From NCBI GenBank assembly GCA_045637825.1, contig JAZUAD010000018.1, positions 1,251 to 65,250 of the forward strand: a stretch of 64,000 bases of DNA. Direction: 5' to 3'. The stretch is from Candidatus Onthoplasma sp. Lineage in GTDB: Bacteria > Bacillota > Clostridia > Christensenellales > UBA1242. The notes under the pieces are model-generated. The model did no database searches. It worked only from the letters and a program-made list of their open reading frames with translations, and was not told where the DNA came from. The stretch's first letter is position 1; every line of letters begins with the position of its first letter. The translations under genes and the position numbers were made by a program. This document shows, one piece after another, positions 47,514 through 56,156 of the stretch.

Positions 47514-47566
47514 TTTACTATTGCTATTCACTTAATTTTATGTTAATATATTATTAGAGGTTTATT

Positions 47567-48841
47567 ATGGATTTAGAAAAGGAAAATATTAATTACGTTT
47601 CTTTAGCTCAAGAAATGTTGCTATTCTGGGGACTGGTTGAATGGCGAACACACCCCAACAAAAGTTTACGTAAAATAGTTAAAGATGCCTGTAAGCATAA
47701 AATGAAACTATATGAAGAATTTGATTCAAAACAATTACTGGAGTCTTGTATTTCATCTACTATATCTAATTTGTTGCGACAAAATTTTGTTACCTGTTAT
47801 GACTTTTTAAGGCATAATATCGATGATAAAATGCCATCAACACTAAAAAAAATGCGTGATGATTTATCTACATCTAAAACAAATTTAAACACTACCAAAT
47901 TATTAGATACAATACGTCAAGCATTTGCACATAACGATATTAAAATGGAAAATCCTAACTGGACTTTAAATAGTGATTTTGAAATTGAAATAGATTTTAA
48001 AGGAAACCATTTTAAATTTAATTTTGTTGAATTACACGACCTGTTACTGCAATTTATACACTTAAAAAATAATCATAAATTCTGTACTTTTGAAGTTGCT
48101 ATAAAAAAATTAACACAAGCAGCTATAAACAATAAATTAACACCTGACAATATAACTAAATTTATAACTCAATATAAAGATGGTACTGAAAATGAAATAA
48201 TACCTTTGGACCAATATCAAAAACTAGCACTATACAACCTTACTTACAATAAAGGCGTTGATGTTGAAAATCATATAGATAGTTTGCTAGATAACAAATT
48301 TTGTATAATATCACAATGTTTCCCTTTTGCAGATAATTCAGGTCATATTGCCAAAAACAACAATCTTGCCATACGACAACTATTTTGGTTAAACAAAAAC
48401 TTTATGTCTCGATATCAATTTTTAGACTTCTGCTTTTGCGCTGAAGAACAAATGTCTTTAATTGACTCAGATGCATTATGGACTCCTACTGACCGTCAAA
48501 ATTATTCCACTTTTGTTCACGAAGATTCATTTATCTTTGAATCAATAATTATTAGCAATATAATGTTTAGTATATTCTCAATATCAAATCACGCTAATTT
48601 ACAAAAATATTTTAAAGATTTTGATATAGACATTAATCGTGTTAGAAATTCTTATATGCACGGAAGATTTTATTATAATCACGATAAGGGTTTTGAATTT
48701 TATGATGGCAGAACAAATGATAATTTAACACATATTGCATCATTAAGTATTGACGACATTTTATGTGTTTGTGCAGATTTTATTGAAGATAATTTACATC
48801 GCTCTACAACTTTGACAAATATTAATCCTTTATTAAAATAA
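47567..48841 (+). CDS. Hypothetical 424-aa protein with two Rx4H (HEPN-like) motifs; candidate Abi/toxin RNase
   Basis: IRQAFAHN (R117-H122, nt 47915-47932) and VRNSYMHGRFYYN (R360-H365, nt 48644-48661). Confidence 0.45.
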   Translation: MDLEKENINYVSLAQEMLLFWGLVEWRTHPNKSLRKIVKDACKHKMKLYEEFDSKQLLESCISSTISNLLRQNFVTCYDFLRHNIDDKMPSTLKKMRDDLSTSKTNLNTTKLLDTIRQAFAHNDIKMENPNWTLNSDFEIEIDFKGNHFKFNFVELHDLLLQFIHLKNNHKFCTFEVAIKKLTQAAINNKLTPDNITKFITQYKDGTENEIIPLDQYQKLALYNLTYNKGVDVENHIDSLLDNKFCIISQCFPFADNSGHIAKNNNLAIRQLFWLNKNFMSRYQFLDFCFCAEEQMSLIDSDALWTPTDRQNYSTFVHEDSFIFESIIISNIMFSIFSISNHANLQKYFKDFDIDINRVRNSYMHGRFYYNHDKGFEFYDGRTNDNLTHIASLSIDDILCVCADFIEDNLHRSTTLTNINPLLK

Positions 48842-48851
48842 TAATTGCATA

Positions 48852-48880
48852 TTGACAAACTTGTAACTATCTATTATAAT
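48852..48880 (+). promoter_or_regulatory. Consensus promoter for the 108-aa downstream gene
   Basis: TTGACA - 17 nt - TATAAT. Confidence 0.55.
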
Positions 48881-48905
48881 TAACAATAATAAAAAGGAGT
48901 TGTTT

Positions 48906-49232
48906 ATGAAACAAAATAAAAATGAAATAATACGTAACGCTTTTATTGGCAAAAATATTAAACAAATGACAGAATTATTGGTATATCTAAGTAGCGATAA
49001 AGATGAAAAATTAACCGTTTCTTTAAAAAAATTATCTAGTAAAGTTACTATACCTGGCGCAGAACCTTCTTATACTATACTTACCCCAGATAGTCAACTA
49101 AACCGAGTTTTTGAAAAAGGACTTGATTACTGTATTAAAAATGATTTTGATACTATTATTTGTTGTTATCCAAACCTTGATTATGACACCGTTGAAAATA
49201 TTAAAGCACGTAATTATGGAATGTCTAAATAG
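48906..49232 (+). CDS. Hypothetical 108-aa protein (possible partner/antitoxin of the upstream gene)
   Basis: AAAGGAG RBS before ATG 48906; has its own promoter; terminator at about 49236-49263. Confidence 0.5.
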   Translation: MKQNKNEIIRNAFIGKNIKQMTELLVYLSSDKDEKLTVSLKKLSSKVTIPGAEPSYTILTPDSQLNRVFEKGLDYCIKNDFDTIICCYPNLDYDTVENIKARNYGMSK

Positions 49233-49312
49233 TTAAAAAGAGTAGACAAATCTACTCTTTTTTGTTTGACAATATTTATATAATTTGATATTATTTGCAA
49301 AAGGAAATAGTT

Positions 49313-49909
49313 ATGAGTAAACTTTATTTTAAATATGGTGTTATGGGTAGTAGCAAAACCGCCGAAGCATTAATGTGTCGCTTTAATTATATTCAAAAAG
49401 GATTTAATGTATTACTATTAAAACCCAGCATAGACACTCGCTTTGAAGATGGAAAACCAGAAGTAACTTCTCGCATAGGACTTAAGGCAGATTGTATAAA
49501 ATTTAATAAACATCAAAACATTATCGAACTATACAAATCTGAAAATTTGAAAAATAAAATTGATGTTATAATTGTTGATGAATGTCAATTTGCAACAGTT
49601 AGTCAAATTGAACAATTAAGACGAATTTCTTTTGATATACCAGTATTATGTTACGGTTTACTTACAAACTTTAAAACAGAACTATTTGAAGGTAGCAAAC
49701 GCCTTGTGGAAATAGCCGATAGTTTACAGGAAATTAAAACAGTATGCACTTGTGGTCGCAGAGCAAAAGTAAATGCACGACTAGTTGATGGCAAAATAAC
49801 AACTTCGGGAGACGAAATTTTAATAGGTGCTGAGGAAAGTTATGTTAGTATGTGTTATTTGTGCTTCCGTAAACAATTATCTTTACAAAACAAAAAAGGA
49901 CTAGACTAA
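49313..49909 (+). CDS. tdk: Thymidine kinase
   Basis: GVMGSSKT P-loop, VDECQF, C-terminal CTCGRRA ... CYLCF zinc site. Confidence 0.9.
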   Translation: MSKLYFKYGVMGSSKTAEALMCRFNYIQKGFNVLLLKPSIDTRFEDGKPEVTSRIGLKADCIKFNKHQNIIELYKSENLKNKIDVIIVDECQFATVSQIEQLRRISFDIPVLCYGLLTNFKTELFEGSKRLVEIADSLQEIKTVCTCGRRAKVNARLVDGKITTSGDEILIGAEESYVSMCYLCFRKQLSLQNKKGLD

Positions 49910-49930
49910 TCTACTCCTTTTTTTATTAAA

Positions 49931-50533
49931 TTATTTAGACCTATTCATTGTAATATTAATTCGATAATAACCTTGTGGTTGATGGCAAAGCGGACATTCC
50001 ATCGGAGCACATTTACCAGTTTGTACAGTACCACATTCATCACATTTAAAGCAACCCTCACCCTCACAACATTTATATAAAGTTTTCCCTTTTAATTCCT
50101 CGTGAAGTTGAGTTAAAATACGCTCGTGTCCTTTTTCCACATCTGCAACCATTCTAAATAAATTTGCCACATCTTTATATCCCTCTTCTTGGGCAATGTC
50201 GGCAAATTCAGGATAAATATTTTCACCCGACGAATGTTCGTTTTCGCTTTCCAATTTTAATAGCTCTACCAACTCGCCCGAACGAAATGGATACCCCGCA
50301 CATATCTCAATATTTTGAACATTGTCACCACCATACTTTGTAATCATTTGAAAAAATTGTTTAGCGTGCGCCATTTCATTATGCGCCAGTGTTCTAATTA
50401 ACGCACTCATATATGTGTAACCATCTTGCATTGCAGTTTGTGACATAAATTGATACCTGGCACCCTCCTGACACTCAGCAGCAAACGAACGTGCTAAATT
50501 TTCTTTTGTTTTACTTTGTTGAAATTCTATCAT
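49931..50533 (-). CDS. rbr: Rubrerythrin
   Basis: Ferritin-like diiron E..E..H motifs plus a C-terminal rubredoxin-like CDEC ... CPLC. Confidence 0.85.
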   Translation of the reverse strand: MIEFQQSKTKENLARSFAAECQEGARYQFMSQTAMQDGYTYMSALIRTLAHNEMAHAKQFFQMITKYGGDNVQNIEICAGYPFRSGELVELLKLESENEHSSGENIYPEFADIAQEEGYKDVANLFRMVADVEKGHERILTQLHEELKGKTLYKCCEGEGCFKCDECGTVQTGKCAPMECPLCHQPQGYYRINITMNRSK

Positions 50534-50707
50534 AATTCCTCCTAAAATTTATTATTTGCAATTAAATAGATTTTAAACATAAAAAATAAAAGCCTTAGTT
50601 TAAAACTAAGACTTTATATTTAAAATTTTATTTAAATTAACTTCATAAAATATATTATATTTATTATTTTGCTCTTATTTTAAGCATTTTATTAAATTGC
50701 TTATTTT

Positions 50708-53347
50708 TTAATTATTTTCTTGTTTTATTTTATGATAAAAATTATAATTGTTATTTTTTCTATAATTTAAAAATAATTTTACAACCTCACATAATGGAAT
50801 AATGCTAATTGATGCAATAGCAACCATAATCCATTGATGGATATTTAAGTATGTCAAATTAAATATTGTATAAAATATTGGACAAACCGCAACTAACAAA
50901 CTTATACCTAACGATACCGCAAAACAAATATTAAAGGTTTTATTATCTAATAAATTTTTACCCAATATACTTTGATTGGTTTTACAATTAATACTATGAA
51001 GCAACTGCATAAATACAATTACAAAGAAAATCATTGTGGTAGCAATATCACTACCAAAACTAAACAAAGCATAAATATATACACTTACCACTATCACCAT
51101 TTGAATTATTGATTGATAAATTATACTAATGCCCACATCTTGCCCAAACACTCCACTATTACTTTTACGTGGTGGACTGGTCATAATTTCTGGTTCAACT
51201 AATTCTTTTCCCAAAGCAAACGCTGGCAGACTATCACTAACAAGATTTATAAATAGCATTTGTGAGGGATACAAAAATACATACTGCGGAAAAAACACAA
51301 GCCCAAACAACATTCCAAACACTTCCACACAATTAGTAGATATTAAATATTGCAGTGCTTTTTGAATATTGTTATATACTTTTCGCCCCTCTTCCACCGC
51401 CACCACTATGCTAGCAAAATTATCATCAGTTATTAGCATATCACTAACACTTTTTACAATATCAGTACCACCAATACCCATACCAACACCAATGTCAGCA
51501 ATCTTTAAACTAGGTGCATCATTTACACCATCACCTGTCATTGCCACTATTTTTTTAAGGTTTTTGTAGGCCTTAACAATCTTCACCTTGTGTTCAGGTG
51601 ATACACGTGCAAACACCGTATAACTTTGCACCACGTCAGCGAATTCCTTATCGGTCATCTTTTCAATTTCATCACCAGTCAAAACTTGTCTTAAGGAACT
51701 AGCAATGCCCAAATCTTTAGCAATAGCAAAAGCAGTTCGTTTATGGTCGCCAGTTATCATAATAGGTTTAAGTCCCGCCTTAAAGCATTTATTAATTGCG
51801 CCCTTAACCTCCTTCCTAGGAGCATCCATCATTCCGCATAACCCCACAAAAACTAAACCTTTTTCCAATTCCTCAGTTCCCTCTAAACTATCATAACGCT
51901 TATAGCAAAAGGCAAGTACTCTTAATGCCTTATCTGCCATAGCATTACTGACTTTAACTAAATGCTCTTCCATATTTTCGCTTAAGGGAATTATTTGACC
52001 ATTAATATTAATATGAGTACATAGTTTTATAACTCTATCAAAAGCTCCTTTAGTATAACTATATATCCCATCATCACACATATTTAAAGTTGTCATCATC
52101 TTGCGGGTTGAATCAAACGCAATTTCTTGTATACGTTTAGAATCTTTTATATTGCCTTGCAAAGAATATTCAAATATAGCACTCTCTGTCGGCTCTCCTA
52201 TAACCCTACCTTGATTATCTATATATGAATTATTGCAAAACTTCATACATCTTAACATTTCAATATTATTTTCACCAACCAAAGTGTGATAGGAATTATT
52301 TGTAAAAGTTTGCACCACTGTCATTTTATTTTGAGTTAAGGTTCCTGTTTTGTCTGTACATATAATTTCGCAACTCCCCAAGGTTTCCACCGCACTTAAT
52401 TGTTTAATAATAACTTTTCGTTTTGCCAGTTGTTGTACACCCATAGCCATAATAAGCGTAATAACGGCAGGTAAACTTTCTGGTATTGCTGCTACAGCTA
52501 AAGCCACAGAGGTCATTAAGGCGCCTATAAAATTACTATCTTTCACAAAAAGCAAATCTATTAAAAATATAATTACACAAATAGACAATACAGACCAAGT
52601 AATAAATTTACCAATTTTTTCAATACTTTTTTGAAGAGGTGTCAAATCTTTTTTTGCCTTAAATAATAGATGTGCTATTTTACCCATTTCTGTACTATTA
52701 CCAACACTAGTAACAATTCCTTTGGCCTTGCCCGAAGTTACAACACTTCCTGAATATGCCATATTGCTTCGTTCTGCCAGCACAGCATTGGGTTTACATA
52801 TAACACTTGCATCTTTATTGCTAGATAACGACTCTCCTGTAAGTTTACTTTCATCACATTTAAAATTATTAGTTTCAATCAATCTAAGGTCTGCTGGCAC
52901 AATATCACCTGCCTCCAAAAACAAGATATCTCCAACAACAATATCTTGAGAAGGCACAATCTGTATAGCACCCTCTCGCAGAAGTCGTGCATTTGTTTTT
53001 TCACTTTTCTTAAGTTCTGCAATACAGGCCTCTGCCTTGTTTTCCTGTGCCACGCCCACAAACGCATTCATTATTACAATAAATAAAATAACAAACCCTT
53101 CAAATAATTCCCCAGTTTGTTCATTGATAATCGCAATACTAATTGAAATAATAGCCGAAAATAGAAGTATCAGCACCATTATATTTTTAAATTGCGCCAA
53201 AAATCTAATAAAAAAATTTTTACGTTTTTCCTTATCTATCTCATTAATTCCATATTTAGCCCTATTATTCAAAACCTGCTTATTATTCAAACCATTAATG
53301 GATGAATTAAATTGTTTAAAAACTTCTTGTATATTCAAATTATGCAT
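50708..53347 (-). CDS. P-type cation-transporting ATPase (type II, Ca2+-like)
   Basis: ICTDKTGTLTQN phosphorylation site, TGES, MTGDGVNDAPSL hinge, about 10 TM segments. Confidence 0.9.
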   Translation of the reverse strand: MHNLNIQEVFKQFNSSINGLNNKQVLNNRAKYGINEIDKEKRKNFFIRFLAQFKNIMVLILLFSAIISISIAIINEQTGELFEGFVILFIVIMNAFVGVAQENKAEACIAELKKSEKTNARLLREGAIQIVPSQDIVVGDILFLEAGDIVPADLRLIETNNFKCDESKLTGESLSSNKDASVICKPNAVLAERSNMAYSGSVVTSGKAKGIVTSVGNSTEMGKIAHLLFKAKKDLTPLQKSIEKIGKFITWSVLSICVIIFLIDLLFVKDSNFIGALMTSVALAVAAIPESLPAVITLIMAMGVQQLAKRKVIIKQLSAVETLGSCEIICTDKTGTLTQNKMTVVQTFTNNSYHTLVGENNIEMLRCMKFCNNSYIDNQGRVIGEPTESAIFEYSLQGNIKDSKRIQEIAFDSTRKMMTTLNMCDDGIYSYTKGAFDRVIKLCTHININGQIIPLSENMEEHLVKVSNAMADKALRVLAFCYKRYDSLEGTEELEKGLVFVGLCGMMDAPRKEVKGAINKCFKAGLKPIMITGDHKRTAFAIAKDLGIASSLRQVLTGDEIEKMTDKEFADVVQSYTVFARVSPEHKVKIVKAYKNLKKIVAMTGDGVNDAPSLKIADIGVGMGIGGTDIVKSVSDMLITDDNFASIVVAVEEGRKVYNNIQKALQYLISTNCVEVFGMLFGLVFFPQYVFLYPSQMLFINLVSDSLPAFALGKELVEPEIMTSPPRKSNSGVFGQDVGISIIYQSIIQMVIVVSVYIYALFSFGSDIATTMIFFVIVFMQLLHSINCKTNQSILGKNLLDNKTFNICFAVSLGISLLVAVCPIFYTIFNLTYLNIHQWIMVAIASISIIPLCEVVKLFLNYRKNNNYNFYHKIKQENN

Positions 53348-53516
53348 AATATCCTCTAAATAAATATACAAACACTTTGTCCATTTTAGAACTAGGCATT
53401 TAGTGCATAATGTATTTTGTACAATAAAATCACTTAGATAAATATTTATACTTTATTAATTTTTACTCACACACTCACGATTCTATTAAAAAAATAAATA
53501 AATTTTTAAAAAAGTG

Positions 53517-53545
53517 TTGACAAAGTCGTATATTTTGCATATAAT
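53517..53545 (+). promoter_or_regulatory. Initiator tRNA promoter
   Basis: TTGACA - 17 nt - TATAAT. Confidence 0.55.
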
Positions 53546-53595
53546 ATATATGTAAGCATTAATAAATGCGTTTTTTAATGCTCAAAACTCAATAT

Positions 53596-53672
53596 CGCGG
53601 GATAGAGCAGTTCGGCAGCTCGTCGGGCCCATAACCCGAAGGTCGTTGGTTCAAATCCAACTCCCGCAACCA
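53596..53672 (+). tRNA. Initiator tRNA-fMet(CAT)
   Basis: C1xA72 mismatch, three G-C pairs closing the anticodon stem (GGG/CCC), anticodon CAT, CCA. Confidence 0.9.
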
Positions 53673-53708
53673 ATGTAAACCATAGTTGAACAAACTATGG
53701 TTTTTTAT

Positions 53709-53737
53709 TTGACAAATTTTGATTATTATACTATAAT
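53709..53737 (+). promoter_or_regulatory. Promoter of the S-box leader
   Basis: TTGACA - 17 nt - TATAAT. Confidence 0.55.
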
Positions 53738-53743
53738 TAAGTT

Positions 53744-53864
53744 ACCATAAAGAGTGCGTAAGGGACAGCCCCGTTGACCGCACGGCAACCTGCAATTGTA
53801 AGGTGCCAAAGGCTGAATGATGGATTAGTTTAAACTTTTTATCCATCAAACGATGGATTTTTTA
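53744..53864 (+). promoter_or_regulatory. SAM-I (S-box) riboswitch with terminator/antiterminator expression platform
   Basis: AAGAG-GTGCG-TAAGGGA-CAGCCCC-GTTGA-CGCAC-GGCAACC ... AAGGTGCCAA-AGGCTG (pseudoknot CAGCC/GGCTG). TGATGGAT (53816-53823) can pair with ATCCATCA (53841-53848) as antiterminator, or ATCCATC/GATGGAT + T6 can form the terminator. Confidence 0.7.
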
Positions 53865-53902
53865 TTGCATTCTTTGTGGAATTTTATATGAAGGAGAAAT
53901 TT

Positions 53903-54181
53903 ATGAAAAATTCACAAAGAAAACAAGTATTAGTTAAACTTGTTAATAACAAAGAAGGAGAAGAGTTTATTGAATATTTAGAGAGCAATGGATTGCTAAA
54001 TGTTCACAACATCACTTTTGATAAATTAAGAATTAAGGTTTTAGTTATAGATAAAAATGAATTCTTTTCAACAAATGTAACTTGCCTTGCCGCATTAGCA
54101 AGTTGTGGCATAAAACCAATCAGTACTGATGAATTTAAAACAAAATTTGAAACTGACTTTACTATTATTAATAAATTATAA
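53903..54181 (+). CDS. Hypothetical 92-aa protein, sole gene under the S-box riboswitch
   Basis: AAGGAG RBS before ATG 53903; followed by a perfect palindromic terminator. Confidence 0.6.
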   Translation: MKNSQRKQVLVKLVNNKEGEEFIEYLESNGLLNVHNITFDKLRIKVLVIDKNEFFSTNVTCLAALASCGIKPISTDEFKTKFETDFTIINKL

Positions 54182-54212
54182 AAAATAATTACCTTTATTC
54201 ATCTTAATCAGT

Positions 54213-54246
54213 TAAAAACAGAGAACCAAATTTGGTTCTCTGTTTT
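54213..54246. terminator. Bidirectional terminator (perfect palindrome)
   Basis: AAAAACAGAGAACCAAA/TTTGGTTCTCTGTTTTT. Confidence 0.7.
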
Positions 54247-54250
54247 TGTT

Positions 54251-55345
54251 TTATTCTTTAATTCTTCTTTTTAAAATAAGCATTGCTATTAAATAATATA
54301 TAATTGCTTGAAGTAGTAGTACTCCTACTTGCCACCACAGCACCACTCCGTTGAACATCATACTATTTAATAAACTCACAAAAGGCACAATAGGGAAACT
54401 ATATAACGCAAATTGCACTAAAATAGGACTGGCTTGAACATAAATCATCGTTAATATAAATACAGGCAAAACAATTGTTAACATATCGATAAATATGGTG
54501 GCTATTTGACTTTTTAACATACTAAAAATCAAACTTAAACCTATAACCGACAAAACAAACACACTACTTAACAATATTATTAATAATATATTAACTTCAA
54601 AACTTATTTTAAAAAATAAGGCACCTATTAAATACAAAACAGATAGTTGCGTAATACCTAATAAATAATACGGAAACACTTTTGACATTAAATATCTATT
54701 GGACCCAACTGGCATATAGGATAAGTTTTTGCTAATATTTGTTTCGTTATCTCTAGACATTGAGTACGCAAGTCCAAACATCAATACTATTGACACGCAC
54801 GTACCAACCTCCATTGCAAAAGGCATTTGTTTAATATTTACCTCTTTAGCACTTGCCGGCTCAAAGGTTATTAGTTGAAAATAACTTTCCTTTAAAGTAA
54901 TTCCATAATCGCTTAAAAAATCTGTTATTGTTAAATACGCATATTCATTTTTAGCATCTGATATATTGTTTTTTATTGTTCGTCCAACAGTGCTTGTCTG
55001 GTCATAATAAAACACTGCCGTTGTTTCCTCCTCTGTTTCGCCAGCTTGTAAACAAATAAAAAAGCACACCTTACTTTTTTTGATTAGTTTCAAACCCTCT
55101 TCCTTGCTGTCAACATATGTTATTCTTTTCAGTTTTATATTTTCTTCAATAGTGTCCATCACTCCGCTATCTTCAACATTAACACCATCGGTAAAAATGG
55201 CTATTGGATAGTTTTTGGTATCTACTTGAACAAAGGAAAGAATAAGCAATAGTATAATAGAAAAGGAAAGAAGCATTGTTAATACTACTTTGTTTCTGCT
55301 TATTCTTATCAACTCGTATTTTACCATTTTAAAAAAAGTTTTCAT
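54251..55345 (-). CDS. ABC-2-type transporter permease
   Basis: N-terminal TM, large extracytoplasmic loop, five C-terminal TM segments; start/stop shared with the ATPase gene. Confidence 0.7.
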   Translation of the reverse strand: MKTFFKMVKYELIRISRNKVVLTMLLSFSIILLLILSFVQVDTKNYPIAIFTDGVNVEDSGVMDTIEENIKLKRITYVDSKEEGLKLIKKSKVCFFICLQAGETEEETTAVFYYDQTSTVGRTIKNNISDAKNEYAYLTITDFLSDYGITLKESYFQLITFEPASAKEVNIKQMPFAMEVGTCVSIVLMFGLAYSMSRDNETNISKNLSYMPVGSNRYLMSKVFPYYLLGITQLSVLYLIGALFFKISFEVNILLIILLSSVFVLSVIGLSLIFSMLKSQIATIFIDMLTIVLPVFILTMIYVQASPILVQFALYSFPIVPFVSLLNSMMFNGVVLWWQVGVLLLQAIIYYLIAMLILKRRIKE

Positions 55346-56067
55346 TAGTTCTCCTTAAAATCTTTTAACGAGTATTTATTTAACAAACTTTCCATATCTA
55401 GCAGTCCTTCCTTTTTAAAGTCATTTACACTTCCTTCAAAAGACACTTTTCCGTTTGCCAAACTTACAAAACTATCACATTCTACCAGTTCTTCCATATA
55501 GTGAGTAATAACTAATATTGTTATATTGTTTTTTCTGCAATCATTTACTATTTGCCAAAATTGTCGCCTAAAAATAGGGTCCATAGAGGCAGTAGGTTCA
55601 TCTAATATTAAAAACTTAGGGCTATGAATGATTGCTCCCGCCATAGATAGCAATTGTTTATATCCGCCCGATAAATTTTGCGCTAAAGTTTTTCTATGCT
55701 CTTGTAAATAACAAATGTTAATTGCTCTATCCACGCAAGTTTTCTCATCAATATTATAAATAGCACATAAATATTGTAAATTTTCCTCAACAGTCAAGTC
55801 GTTAAATAAGCTAAAAGTTTGTGGCATATAACCAATATTTTGCTTGATTTGATTTTTATTTTGCTTATCCAAAATATTTATATTGTTTATCAATATTTCT
55901 CCACTGTCAAAATTCTTTACACCACATACACATTCAATTAACGTGCTTTTACCAGACCCATTTACACCTATAAGGCCTTTAATTTCACCTTCCTTTATAT
56001 GCAAATATACGCCTTTAAGCACCTTTTTATTTTTATAACTTTTAAAAACATTTTTTACTTTTAACAT
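55345..56067 (-). CDS. ABC transporter ATP-binding protein
   Basis: GVNGSGKST Walker A, LSGGYKQLL signature, LILDEPT Walker B. Confidence 0.9.
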   Translation of the reverse strand: MLKVKNVFKSYKNKKVLKGVYLHIKEGEIKGLIGVNGSGKSTLIECVCGVKNFDSGEILINNINILDKQNKNQIKQNIGYMPQTFSLFNDLTVEENLQYLCAIYNIDEKTCVDRAINICYLQEHRKTLAQNLSGGYKQLLSMAGAIIHSPKFLILDEPTASMDPIFRRQFWQIVNDCRKNNITILVITHYMEELVECDSFVSLANGKVSFEGSVNDFKKEGLLDMESLLNKYSLKDFKEN

Positions 56068-56156
56068 AGTTATCCTTTTATAACTATAAACAAGGCACAT
56101 TTTTAATCAATGTGCCTTATTTATAAATATTTTTATGTAAAGCCATCAATAAAATA

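Noticed and set aside
46304-47557. ORFs overlapping secA (46304-46501, 46498-46683, 46533-46745, 47276-47557)
   Set aside because: They are embedded in or out of frame with secA, which is fully supported by motifs.
51129-53363. Seven ORFs (six plus-strand, one out-of-frame minus-strand) listed by the track inside the P-type ATPase gene
   Set aside because: They are antisense to, or out of frame with, a continuous 880-aa ATPase that has all P-type motifs.
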